64,000 nucleotides of DNA from Spirochaetia bacterium (GTDB lineage: Bacteria > Spirochaetota > Spirochaetia > UBA9216): positions 352,001-416,000 of the forward strand of contig CAXXYH010000004.1 of NCBI GenBank assembly GCA_963677925.2, read 5' to 3'. Below the pieces are notes generated by a model. That model did not search any database. It was given only the letters and a program-made list of their open reading frames with translations, and was not told where the DNA came from. Each line of letters begins with the position of its first letter. Positions within the stretch are counted from its first letter, which is position 1. A program made the translations under genes and the position numbers. Of this stretch, positions 1 to 9,199 are shown in pieces.

Positions 1-763
1 TATCAAGATACCCGTCTTTATCTATATCTTCAACAAGGGTAATTACAGACAGGTTTTCTTCTATAGTAAAATGGGTTATCCCGTAACCGTTCAGAATCAC
101 AAGCTGGCGAACAATTCCGGCCCTTGTACGAAAGGATATATCCAGACAATATGGAAAATCATTCCCTATGTGGATTTCAAGCTGGGACATGCCGTTTAAA
201 ACCTGCTGCCTTGCGACGGGTATTGTATACCTTAGATAAAGGTTTCCGTCAATCTGGTAAAATACCAGCAGAAAATATCCATAATAATCTTTGTCCGAGC
301 TGAACAGCCTTGAAGAATCAGAGAGCCTGCTGAAAGAGGCATCCGTGTCCTTGTCTCCTTCAACAGCAAGCAGAAGCAGATCATTAAACCCGTTTTTATC
401 AAGATCATGCTCTATCATTAGCGATTTGCCGTTTACAGTTACTGTCTTCATATTCCAGGGAACCAGATTCTGCGCAGAGGAAACAAGTGCGGGAGTTGTC
501 AGAGGGGCTGACTCCGGTCTGTCAGATTCATCAGTAACATGGTCTGTGTTTATCTTTTCATCGATGGTATTTTCATTCTGAACAGATACTGAATGTGTCA
601 CTTCCGGGTTATCTATAGAAGAATCTGCTGCGGGTTCAATTATATCATCTTCAGTCTTTATATTTGAAACGGAGTCCTCAAGAGTATGGATATCTGCAGT
701 GGAGCAGGACCAGAGGAGAAGCCCGAAGACTGTAAGCGACAAAAAGGGTGAAACTTTCCGCAT
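1..763 (-). CDS. Putative lipoprotein, runs off the window start
   Basis: ATG at 763; MRKVSPFLSLTVFGLLLWS-C is a signal peptide with lipobox, followed by an acidic linker. Absent from the ORF track, consistent with no stop inside the window. Confidence 0.7.
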   Translation of the reverse strand, partial: MRKVSPFLSLTVFGLLLWSCSTADIHTLEDSVSNIKTEDDIIEPAADSSIDNPEVTHSVSVQNENTIDEKINTDHVTDESDRPESAPLTTPALVSSAQNLVPWNMKTVTVNGKSLMIEHDLDKNGFNDLLLLAVEGDKDTDASFSRLSDSSRLFSSDKDYYGYFLLVFYQIDGNLYLRYTIPVARQQVLNGMSQLEIHIGNDFPYCLDISFRTRAGIVRQLVILNGYGITHFTIEENLSVITLVEDIDKDGYLD

Positions 764-899
764 CTGCTTAAATATACCAGCTAAGATTACTGCATTCAAG
801 CCTTTGAAAAACAAGGTAAGTTCAGCTCTGCTTTACACTTATGGGAAAAAATGCTTAGATAGGCATACAGAAACCGTATAATCCATCTGGAGCATAATA

Positions 900-2276
900 A
901 TGAAAACAATGAAATTCGGGGGAAGCTCCGTAAAAGACGCAGAAAAGATTAGAAATGTAGCTTCAATTGTAAAAGCTGAATCGGAAAAGACCAAGGTAGC
1001 AGTTGTTCTATCGGCCATGAAAGGTATTACCGATAACCTGCTTGAATGCGCCGATCTTGCAGTTCAGGGCAACACCGCTTATAAGACAATACTTAAAGAT
1101 ATAACCGAAAGAGAATTTACAGCCTTTGATGAGCTGATTGGAAAAGATAACGAACCTGAAGCCAGAGAAAGACTGGCTGAAATGCTTGAGGAACTGAAAG
1201 AAATCCTACTTGGTGTACAGATGGTAAAAGAATGCTCTGTCAGAAGCCAGGATCTGATCGTAAGCTTTGGAGAACGCATGAACAATACTGTATGTGCCGC
1301 CTATCTTCGATCTATTGGAATCAAAGCTACCTATGTTGATACTAGAAAACTGATTCTCACTGATGATAATTTCGGTGCTGCCAGGGTAAATTATCATGAA
1401 AGCTATATGCGGATAAGGGAACACCTTTCAAGTATTGAGGGGATACCCGTAATAACAGGCTTCATAGGCGCTACCGAAGACGGAATAACCACAACACTCG
1501 GAAGAAACGGTTCGGATTTTACAGCATCTATTATAGCAGGAGCAACAGGCAGTGAAATTGTTGAAATCTGGACTGATGTTGACGGTGTTCTCAGTGCCGA
1601 CCCCAGAATCGTTGAAGATGCATTTGTTATTCCGGAACTTACATACACCGATGCGATGGAGCTTTCCTACTTCGGTGCAGAAGTTATTCATCCGTATACA
1701 ATGATTCCTGCTGTTGAGAAAAACATCCCAATTATAATAAAAAATACAATGAACCCTTCTGCACCCGGTACTGTTATTGCTGCGACAATCAAGCCGCACA
1801 GCAGACCGATAACCGGTATCGCTTCAGTAAAAGATACTGCAATTGTAAATATTGAAGGCAGCGGAATGACTGGTAAACCGGGGATTGCAGGAACCGTATT
1901 CACCGCAATGGCTGAAGCCGGTATAAATATTATTATGATATCGCAGGCATCAAGTGAACACAGCATCTGCCTTGTTCTAAAGGAAGCTCAAGCCATAAAG
2001 GCTGTTGAAATACTTAACGAAAAACTTGCTGTTTACATCAAAAATAAGAGAATTGAAGGTGTACAGATTAGAAAGGGACTGGAAATTGTAGCCGTTATAG
2101 GTGAAAGTATGATTGGAACTCCCGGTATTGCAGGCAAAATCTTCAGCGCTCTGGGTGAAGCAAGTGTTAACATCCTGGCAATTGCACAGGGCTCAAGTGA
2201 ACGCAATATTTCATTTGTAGTAGATAAGGCTGATAAAAACCTCGCCCTTAATACCGTTCACAAGGCCTTTTTATAA
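900..2276 (+). CDS. lysC: Aspartate kinase with two ACT domains (ThrA-like AK, no homoserine dehydrogenase domain)
   Basis: KFGGSS, TTLGRNGSD, WTDVDG, ELSYFGA motifs; ACT repeats ISQASSE and IAQGSSE. Confidence 0.9.
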   Translation: MKTMKFGGSSVKDAEKIRNVASIVKAESEKTKVAVVLSAMKGITDNLLECADLAVQGNTAYKTILKDITEREFTAFDELIGKDNEPEARERLAEMLEELKEILLGVQMVKECSVRSQDLIVSFGERMNNTVCAAYLRSIGIKATYVDTRKLILTDDNFGAARVNYHESYMRIREHLSSIEGIPVITGFIGATEDGITTTLGRNGSDFTASIIAGATGSEIVEIWTDVDGVLSADPRIVEDAFVIPELTYTDAMELSYFGAEVIHPYTMIPAVEKNIPIIIKNTMNPSAPGTVIAATIKPHSRPITGIASVKDTAIVNIEGSGMTGKPGIAGTVFTAMAEAGINIIMISQASSEHSICLVLKEAQAIKAVEILNEKLAVYIKNKRIEGVQIRKGLEIVAVIGESMIGTPGIAGKIFSALGEASVNILAIAQGSSERNISFVVDKADKNLALNTVHKAFL

Positions 2277-2301
2277 TTGAAAGTTTTCAAGGGAGAACTA
2301 A

Positions 2302-3600
2302 ATGAAATTTTACAGTACCAGAAATAAAGACAGTAAGGTTACTTTTAAAGAAGCTATATTCAAGGGACTTGCACCTGACGGAGGGCTATATATGCCCGAA
2401 GTAATGCCGTATATGAAGGATATGCTTGATTCATTCGATGAAAACACTTCTTTCAATGAAATGGCGACCGAGGTTGCATACAGACTGCTTAGTGAAGAGC
2501 TTGATAAAGACGCTGTGAAAAGAATATGTGACAGGGCTTTTGATTTTATCCCTGCCATAGTTCAGCTTGATGAAAATGTCAGCATACTTGAGCTTTATCA
2601 TGGTCCATCCTGCGCTTTCAAGGATTACGGTGCATCATTTCTTGCATCTTCCATGGAAGAATATCTTAAGACTGATGATCGCAAGGCTGTCATTCTTACT
2701 GCAACAAGCGGAGATACCGGCAGTGCGGTTGCACGTGCCTTTTATGATAAACAGAACATCGATGTAGTTATTCTGTATCCGTCGGGAAGAGTAAGCCCCC
2801 TTCAGGAAAAACAGCTTACAACACTAGGCAGGAACATCAAAGCACTTGAAGTTAAAGGCTCCTTTGACGACTGCCAGCGAATGGTTAAAGAGGCTTTTGT
2901 TGACCAGAAACTTGCTGTTGATTATAACCTGACATCAGCAAACTCAATCAGCCTGGGCCGCCTAATTCCCCAGTCTTTCTACTACATCTGGGCATGGGCT
3001 CAGGCCAAAAGCAGAGAAAACCTCTGGTTCTGCGTTCCAAGCGGAAACTTCGGAAACCTGACGGCAGGGCTTATGGCTCATCGCTGGGGTATGGGAAATG
3101 AGGGCTTTATTGCAGCAACAAATATCAATGATGTAGTCCCTGAATACCTTAAAAAGGGCGAATTCAGCCCGCGGGCTTCTAAGCTAACACTTTCGAACGC
3201 GATGGACGTAGGAAACCCCAGCAACTTTGAGAGAATGCTTGAGCTTTTTAATGAATCGCATAGTGCAATGTCAGGGATTATAAAAGAAGAAGTTGTAACT
3301 GACGCAGAAACAAAGAAGACTATAAAAGAAGTGCTTGAACAGAAGGGTTACGAGATGGATCCGCATACTGCGGTGGGATATCTTGCTTCAAAGCGTTTCA
3401 CAGAAGCAAATAAGAATGCTCAGATTATCAGCCTTTCAACAGCTCATCCGGGCAAGTTTACCGAGGTTTATGAGGAAGCAACCGGTAAGAAACCCGGATT
3501 GCCGCAGAGACTCCAGGATGTAATGAAACTTGAAAAGAAGTCTGTTGTTGTTGATAATACAACTGAAGCCCTGAAGAATTTTATTAAAGCAACATTCTGA
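2302..3600 (+). CDS. thrC: Threonine synthase
   Basis: GLAPDGGL, HGPSCAFKD (PLP lysine), ATSGDTG, VPSGNFGN, TAHPGKF. Confidence 0.95.
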   Translation: MKFYSTRNKDSKVTFKEAIFKGLAPDGGLYMPEVMPYMKDMLDSFDENTSFNEMATEVAYRLLSEELDKDAVKRICDRAFDFIPAIVQLDENVSILELYHGPSCAFKDYGASFLASSMEEYLKTDDRKAVILTATSGDTGSAVARAFYDKQNIDVVILYPSGRVSPLQEKQLTTLGRNIKALEVKGSFDDCQRMVKEAFVDQKLAVDYNLTSANSISLGRLIPQSFYYIWAWAQAKSRENLWFCVPSGNFGNLTAGLMAHRWGMGNEGFIAATNINDVVPEYLKKGEFSPRASKLTLSNAMDVGNPSNFERMLELFNESHSAMSGIIKEEVVTDAETKKTIKEVLEQKGYEMDPHTAVGYLASKRFTEANKNAQIISLSTAHPGKFTEVYEEATGKKPGLPQRLQDVMKLEKKSVVVDNTTEALKNFIKATF

Positions 3601-3614
3601 TTATTCAGAATAGG

Positions 3615-4697
3615 TTATTCAACATACATTCTAAGCAGCTTTTTACCGTCTGCTGATCTGAAGGGGTTCTTTTTATTTTTAAGGAAGGATTTATAGGTTC
3701 GGCAGGCATCGTAATAGGGCTCAGGGCTCCTGAAGGTTGACAGCAGGTCGCATCTGAATACTTCAAGTAGAACCGGAAACAGAGCGGAAGACATGTCCGA
3801 TTCTATTCTGTATGCCGGCAGGCGGGGAATTGCCGCCGGCAGCATATGTCTTTCTACCAGATAGCATACATTTTTTATCATCTCTGATTCAAAGCCAAGC
3901 TTTTTCATAAATCTAAAGGCTGTACTTGATCCAATCTGAGCATGTCTGTCAAAACGGTTGCCGTCAGCCTGTTTAGAATCGGGCTTGCCGATATCATGCA
4001 GCAGCAGTGCAAGCGACAGCTGTAAATCGGCTGTTTTACGGTAGGAAAATGTTTCGAGTGTATGCTTCCAGACACCTCCTTCGGGGTGATATTCCTTGGA
4101 ATGATCAAGACCGGAGAGGGCGCCAAGCTCAGGCCAGAATTCATCAATAAAGCCTGTCTTTTTCAGAAATGACAGGCCATCAGCCGGATTCTTTCCAGTC
4201 AGAATCTTTTCAAGCATCAGCCTTTGATACAGAACGGAGGGCTCCTCTGAAAATCCGGAGGATCCTTCATTTATCAGTTCTACAGCCTCATCACTCAATG
4301 AAAAACCGTATCGTGAAATTAATACAGCCGACTCAAGTTTCAGCCTCCAGCTGCCGGATTGAGCAGTATCTGCAACAAGCCTGATTTCACGTTTTCTGAG
4401 TTCCGGGTAGCAGCCGGGTTTATCATAGAAAATATTCCGATCACTGTCATAAAGAAGGTTACAGACCGAAAAAGGATGCCCCGGAACCTCATCAACCGAA
4501 TCAATACACTTTATATAGATGCTTTCATCATTTTCAGTAAGCACAGCATCAGCCTCATCTACCCCGGGATATTCAAGCTCATAGTCTTCTCCGGCAAGTT
4601 CCGCAAGATCTCCTATATAGTATGCAAACTTAGGTGTAATTGTATTTTGATCGTAGTATCGTTCAAGAGAGGAGATGCCGTAGAGCAGAGAATTCAC
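3615..4697 (-). CDS. HD-domain protein related to CCA-adding enzyme / poly(A) polymerase, with degenerate nucleotidyltransferase head
   Basis: YHPEGGVWKHTL, LLHDIGKP, HAQIG motifs; the N-terminus lacks GGxVRD, DxD and RRDF. Confidence 0.7.
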   Translation of the reverse strand: MNSLLYGISSLERYYDQNTITPKFAYYIGDLAELAGEDYELEYPGVDEADAVLTENDESIYIKCIDSVDEVPGHPFSVCNLLYDSDRNIFYDKPGCYPELRKREIRLVADTAQSGSWRLKLESAVLISRYGFSLSDEAVELINEGSSGFSEEPSVLYQRLMLEKILTGKNPADGLSFLKKTGFIDEFWPELGALSGLDHSKEYHPEGGVWKHTLETFSYRKTADLQLSLALLLHDIGKPDSKQADGNRFDRHAQIGSSTAFRFMKKLGFESEMIKNVCYLVERHMLPAAIPRLPAYRIESDMSSALFPVLLEVFRCDLLSTFRSPEPYYDACRTYKSFLKNKKNPFRSADGKKLLRMYVE

Positions 4698-4714
4698 TCA
4701 GTCCACCTTTGTTT

Positions 4715-6151
4715 TTATAGTTTCAGAGTGTACATTATACCAAGTGAGATATCGTAAATAAAGCGGTTTTCACCTTCCTGCGGCTTCCATATTCCCGCTT
4801 CACCGGAGACCACATCCTCAAGAGCCAGTTCATTCATCACATATCCAAGGGTACAGCCTAACGACAATGTGAAATTATAGAGTTCTGCTTTAGCCTCAAA
4901 GACCGATTTAATTGTATGCTCTAAAACATCTTCATCAAGGAATTTAGAACCGGTATTATCGTGCCAGCTGTCTTCATGCCAGGGATTTGATGGAGATTTG
5001 CTTCCTGATATCACATACTCAAGACCGGCAAGATAATCAATTGGAATATCCTGAAAGAAATTCCATGTATTGGAATATTCAGCCTGTACTGCCGCGCAGT
5101 TTTCACCGTATTTGAAGCCGAGATAATTGTCAGTATAATCGATTGTCCTGGTTTCACCGTCCACCGTGTATGTATCGAGGGGGTAGTAGGTGTACTGGTA
5201 AGGATATGCATTGTAATCTGAGCTTGTTGTGTAAGTGGACTCAAAGACATACTTCAAAGCAAGAGCAGCATCGAATGAAAACTTACCAAAATCAGTATCT
5301 ATTCTGCCGCCTGCAGCCCAGGCCATTTTATGCGGCTGCCAGGGGTTATCTTCATTAAGCCAGTGCAGATTGAAATCATCTATAAGCCATTGTCCGAAGT
5401 AGTACATATCTGCATAGTTATAGTCCGCAAAGAATCCCATAATATAGTTTTCATTGGATGTTGTTTCCCAGGGTCTGCCGTCTGAAATTTTTGTATACTG
5501 AATAAAATACTGCGGAATAGGGCTGATAAAATACTCTGCGTCAAATGAGCGGTCTACGTAAACGGCCGACTCCTGAAGCCCTATCCTGAAATCACCGATT
5601 TTAAGTCCGTATACTTTAAGATTTGCTCCACGATCTACATCATAAATTGCCGAGTTTTCATTTAGCCGTACCCACCTTGTTTCATAAAAGAAAAGATCTC
5701 CGTCATAGGAGAAATCTGCAATGAAAGCCGGATTATTATTTCCGTTTACGAAGAGGGCATAATCTGAATCAAAAATATCCGAGTGTTCCTTCTGCCCTGC
5801 AGTAAAGGAAAAATCATTAAACCAGAAGCTGAGGTATCCGCTTCTCATCATTGAATAGTATCCGCCGACATCGCCCTCAGGCAGGGCAGCAGGGTCCGCT
5901 CCATATTTGCCGTCATTAGCAACGGCCAGATCCGCGTTCAGCTGAAAATAAGGGAGTGTAAAATCAAGAATGAAATCTCCCTGATTGTAATATCCAACAG
6001 TATCGTTGATATGATTATCAATGGAGAAAGCAAGGTCGAGGAAACCTTTTTCAGAACTTGAGGAATCTGTCTCTGATTCCACAGATTCTGATGAGAAGAT
6101 AAAACCGGTAAATAATAAAAGAAAAGCGGGAAGTAAAAGTAGTTTTTTCAT
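4715..6151 (-). CDS. Secreted outer-membrane beta-barrel protein, Wzi (capsule assembly)-like
   Basis: Signal peptide MKKLLLLPAFLLLFTG (likely start 6151); Tyr/Phe-rich beta-strand pattern, GQWLIDD and YLGFKYG motifs; lies at the end of the polysaccharide operon. Confidence 0.55.
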   Translation of the reverse strand: MKKLLLLPAFLLLFTGFIFSSESVESETDSSSSEKGFLDLAFSIDNHINDTVGYYNQGDFILDFTLPYFQLNADLAVANDGKYGADPAALPEGDVGGYYSMMRSGYLSFWFNDFSFTAGQKEHSDIFDSDYALFVNGNNNPAFIADFSYDGDLFFYETRWVRLNENSAIYDVDRGANLKVYGLKIGDFRIGLQESAVYVDRSFDAEYFISPIPQYFIQYTKISDGRPWETTSNENYIMGFFADYNYADMYYFGQWLIDDFNLHWLNEDNPWQPHKMAWAAGGRIDTDFGKFSFDAALALKYVFESTYTTSSDYNAYPYQYTYYPLDTYTVDGETRTIDYTDNYLGFKYGENCAAVQAEYSNTWNFFQDIPIDYLAGLEYVISGSKSPSNPWHEDSWHDNTGSKFLDEDVLEHTIKSVFEAKAELYNFTLSLGCTLGYVMNELALEDVVSGEAGIWKPQEGENRFIYDISLGIMYTLKL

Positions 6152-6161
6152 AGTTTTTACC

Positions 6162-7802
6162 TTATAAAAAGTCAATAAAGTTCTTCAGCGAGAAAATAAC
6201 ATGAGCAGCAATTTCAATATCATTACGTTCTGCGCTTTCAATATGGTTATAGTTGTTTATTACAGACCAGTAAAAATCAGCGCCGAAGCTCAGGAACTCA
6301 AACATCTTATATGTACCGTACAGGTTAAAAATATGTGAGGCTTCCACCGTTCCGGTCGGAGTAATATCATCAGAAGACGGAGCCCATGAGTCGGCAATTG
6401 TCTTTTCACCCTGCTGGAGGTAGGTATAATCAATGCCGGCAGAATATTTATCCTGAACATCATATTTTATTGTAAAATACCATACCATTGAATCAGGTCC
6501 GTATTTATACCCAATCGGTTTCGTTATATATTCATACTGATCGGTTACCAGAGACCAGTATCTTCTGACATTGTAATAATATGGAGAAGCTTTCCTATTA
6601 TACATCCACGGAGAGGTCAAAACCCATTCAGCGCCGTATGACAAGTAGCCATCACCAAGCGGATAAGCACCCTTACCTCCTGCCATATAGCCGAAGACCG
6701 GAGGACCGCCCCCGCCGTCACGATCAGATTCATATTCAGTAGCAAATTCATCCATGGCAACCTGACCATAGATGTTGATATATCTCCACGGATTAATTGA
6801 GACTTCTGCAGACAGTAATGAATTACATCTTTCAGTATCCAGCCAGTTGTGAAAGATCATCAAGTAATTGGAATCATGAATAAGACTGTAATCCTCATCG
6901 AAAGTCACAGACTCAGCTATTGCAGCCTGAATACGGCCGTCCCAGAAGCGGGCTTCAAAGCGGTGCCCCATAAAGGCAGCATAATCTATGGACGTATCAT
7001 CGTAACTGAAGGGTTCCAGAACTGAATACACGCTGGTAAATGTGAAATTTTCCGATCTGAGCTTCATCTGTAGAAAATCATAGTAGGTACTGTAGTCTGA
7101 AAGCATCAGGTTTCCGGATAAGCCGTTTCCCCATGAAAGCTGGTCGCGGCCGAAGTAAATATCCCACCATTCACCGCCGAATGATGACACAGCCCTGAAC
7201 GGCGCGTAAATATCTATTCTTGGACTGGGATCGTCAAAAATCAGATTGGAATAATTATAAGCCACATCTTCGGTATCAGGAGAAGTTACTGTTCTGAATT
7301 CCTCCTTTACCTCAATATCCATAATCATGTACAGAGACTCGGCAAACCAGAACTCCAGAGGTATATCGAGAAAAGAAGAGCGTTCATCATAACCGTAATT
7401 CCATTCGTAACTCTGAGCTGTTTCAGCTTCGGTATCTTCCAGTTCAAAGTGGTAGAAACCTTCAGGAGTTAAAATTAGATCAGTATTGAACTGATAATTA
7501 TCTTCATTTACAAGCAGCTCATCTTTATCTATAAACTCCTGTATATAATCATAAGCCTGTTTTCCAACCTCTGAAAGGATCCGGTAGTGAACCTTTGATA
7601 AAGAATTTTTCACTTCCTGATAAGTCCAGGGTCTTGCAGTTTCCGGCTGAGCCAGCCCGGACTCGTAATAGAGATTATCAATAAGCCGGTATAAATCAGA
7701 TGAAACAGGGAGTACCGTCCTCATATTCTGGGCAAATACTAATCCCGCAGTCAGACTTAATACAATGATCAGAATAAAGAAAATTGGTCGATTTCTGTTC
7801 AC
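6162..7802 (-). CDS. Capsule assembly Wzi-family outer-membrane protein
   Basis: Signal peptide, RPWTY, GRDQLSWGNGLSGNLMLSD, GHRFE, YGQVAMDE, PIGYKYGPDS. Confidence 0.65.
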   Translation of the reverse strand: MNRNRPIFFILIIVLSLTAGLVFAQNMRTVLPVSSDLYRLIDNLYYESGLAQPETARPWTYQEVKNSLSKVHYRILSEVGKQAYDYIQEFIDKDELLVNEDNYQFNTDLILTPEGFYHFELEDTEAETAQSYEWNYGYDERSSFLDIPLEFWFAESLYMIMDIEVKEEFRTVTSPDTEDVAYNYSNLIFDDPSPRIDIYAPFRAVSSFGGEWWDIYFGRDQLSWGNGLSGNLMLSDYSTYYDFLQMKLRSENFTFTSVYSVLEPFSYDDTSIDYAAFMGHRFEARFWDGRIQAAIAESVTFDEDYSLIHDSNYLMIFHNWLDTERCNSLLSAEVSINPWRYINIYGQVAMDEFATEYESDRDGGGGPPVFGYMAGGKGAYPLGDGYLSYGAEWVLTSPWMYNRKASPYYYNVRRYWSLVTDQYEYITKPIGYKYGPDSMVWYFTIKYDVQDKYSAGIDYTYLQQGEKTIADSWAPSSDDITPTGTVEASHIFNLYGTYKMFEFLSFGADFYWSVINNYNHIESAERNDIEIAAHVIFSLKNFIDFL

Positions 7803-7826
7803 TTTTTAAACTCCGATATCAAATTA

Positions 7827-8897
7827 TTATCTTTCAGTATAATTCTGTTCCATCCACTTAAGGTATTCGCCGGATTTAACAGTTTCAATCCAATCCCGGT
7901 TTTCCAGGTACCATTTAACAGTCTCTTTTAGGCCTGAATCAAAGCTGTAAGCCTGTTTCCATTTGAGTTCTGTTTTCAGCCTTGAGCAGTCGATTGCATA
8001 ACGTCTGTCATGTCCGGGTCTATCCTTTACATAGGTTATCAGTTTTTTATAGTAATCCTTGTCCTTGCCCTTAAGTTCAGCAACTATTTCACAGAGACTG
8101 TTCACCAGCCTGATATTTTCCCACTCGTTTTCACCGCCGATATTATAGGAACGGCCGGTTTCGCCGTCATTCACTATAGTCCACACCGCGGAATTGTGAT
8201 CTTCCACATACAGCCAGTCTCGTATATTTTTTCCATCCCCGTATACCGGCAGAGGTTTCTCTTTAACCATGTTTTCAATCATGACGGGGATTAGCTTCTC
8301 GGGAAACTGGTATGGGCCGTAATTGTTGGAACAGTTTGAAAGGGTAATAGGCATTCCGTATGTGTGGTTGTAGGCTCTCACAAGATGATCAGATGAGGCT
8401 TTGGCAGCAGAATAAGGACTTCTCGGATCATAGGGAGTATCCTCATGGAAATATCCTTCATCGCCAAGACTTCCGTATACTTCATCAGTACTTACATGGT
8501 GGAAGAGCTTTCCCTCAAAATCACCCCAATGGTCCCTTGCTGACTCGAGGAGGTTGAAGGTTCCGTTAATATTAGTGGTGATAAACTGTCCAGGCTCGGT
8601 AATTGAACGGTCAACATGACTTTCAGCAGCAAGGTGTATAATTGTGTCTATTTCATAATGCTTTATAACATTGTCAATTTCAGGTTTATCTCTAATATCA
8701 ACTTTTTCAAAGAAATAGCGCTCTCCGCCGAATTCCTTATCTATATCATCAAGGCTGTAGGGATTTCCAGCATAGGTTAGAGCATCAAGATTGACAATCT
8801 TTCCGTTAAAATCCGTCTTCTTAAACATATAGCGGATGAGGTTTGAACCGATAAATCCGGCACCGCCGGTTACGAGTATGTTGGTAAGTTTTCTCAT
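7827..8897 (-). CDS. rfbB: dTDP-glucose 4,6-dehydratase
   Basis: GGAGFIG, HLAAESHVDRSI, STDEVYG, YSAAK, DRPGHDRRY. Confidence 0.97.
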   Translation of the reverse strand: MRKLTNILVTGGAGFIGSNLIRYMFKKTDFNGKIVNLDALTYAGNPYSLDDIDKEFGGERYFFEKVDIRDKPEIDNVIKHYEIDTIIHLAAESHVDRSITEPGQFITTNINGTFNLLESARDHWGDFEGKLFHHVSTDEVYGSLGDEGYFHEDTPYDPRSPYSAAKASSDHLVRAYNHTYGMPITLSNCSNNYGPYQFPEKLIPVMIENMVKEKPLPVYGDGKNIRDWLYVEDHNSAVWTIVNDGETGRSYNIGGENEWENIRLVNSLCEIVAELKGKDKDYYKKLITYVKDRPGHDRRYAIDCSRLKTELKWKQAYSFDSGLKETVKWYLENRDWIETVKSGEYLKWMEQNYTER

Positions 8898-9199
8898 AGT
8901 ATTTTTATTCCTTTCTTTTTTATTTCCGGTATTATAGGAAGTTGTGAATTATCAAAATCATATTTGGAAAAGCCCAATGCATCAAAACGTATATCATATT
9001 CCTTTGCTTTGGCAAAAATTTCTCGTGGATTAAACTCATTTTCATCAACTATTACAGCCAAATCAATATCACTCCAGGAATCATAAGATCCTTCTGAATA
9101 AGAACCAAATAAAAAAATATTCTGGATTTTGTATTCTTTTTTTAACTCATCACAGAACCTTTTGATAGTTATACGAATGGAATCATCGATTTCAACCAT
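8894..9199 (-). CDS. Minimal nucleotidyltransferase (MNT), antitoxin-like
   Basis: LFGSYSEG...SDIDL motif, 101 aa, overlaps the end of the HEPN domain. Confidence 0.88.
   Translation of the reverse strand: MVEIDDSIRITIKRFCDELKKEYKIQNIFLFGSYSEGSYDSWSDIDLAVIVDENEFNPREIFAKAKEYDIRFDALGFSKYDFDNSQLPIIPEIKKKGIKIL

Noticed and set aside
291-881. Plus-strand ORFs 291-581 and 699-881
   Set aside because: Antisense shadows of the minus-strand lipoprotein gene.
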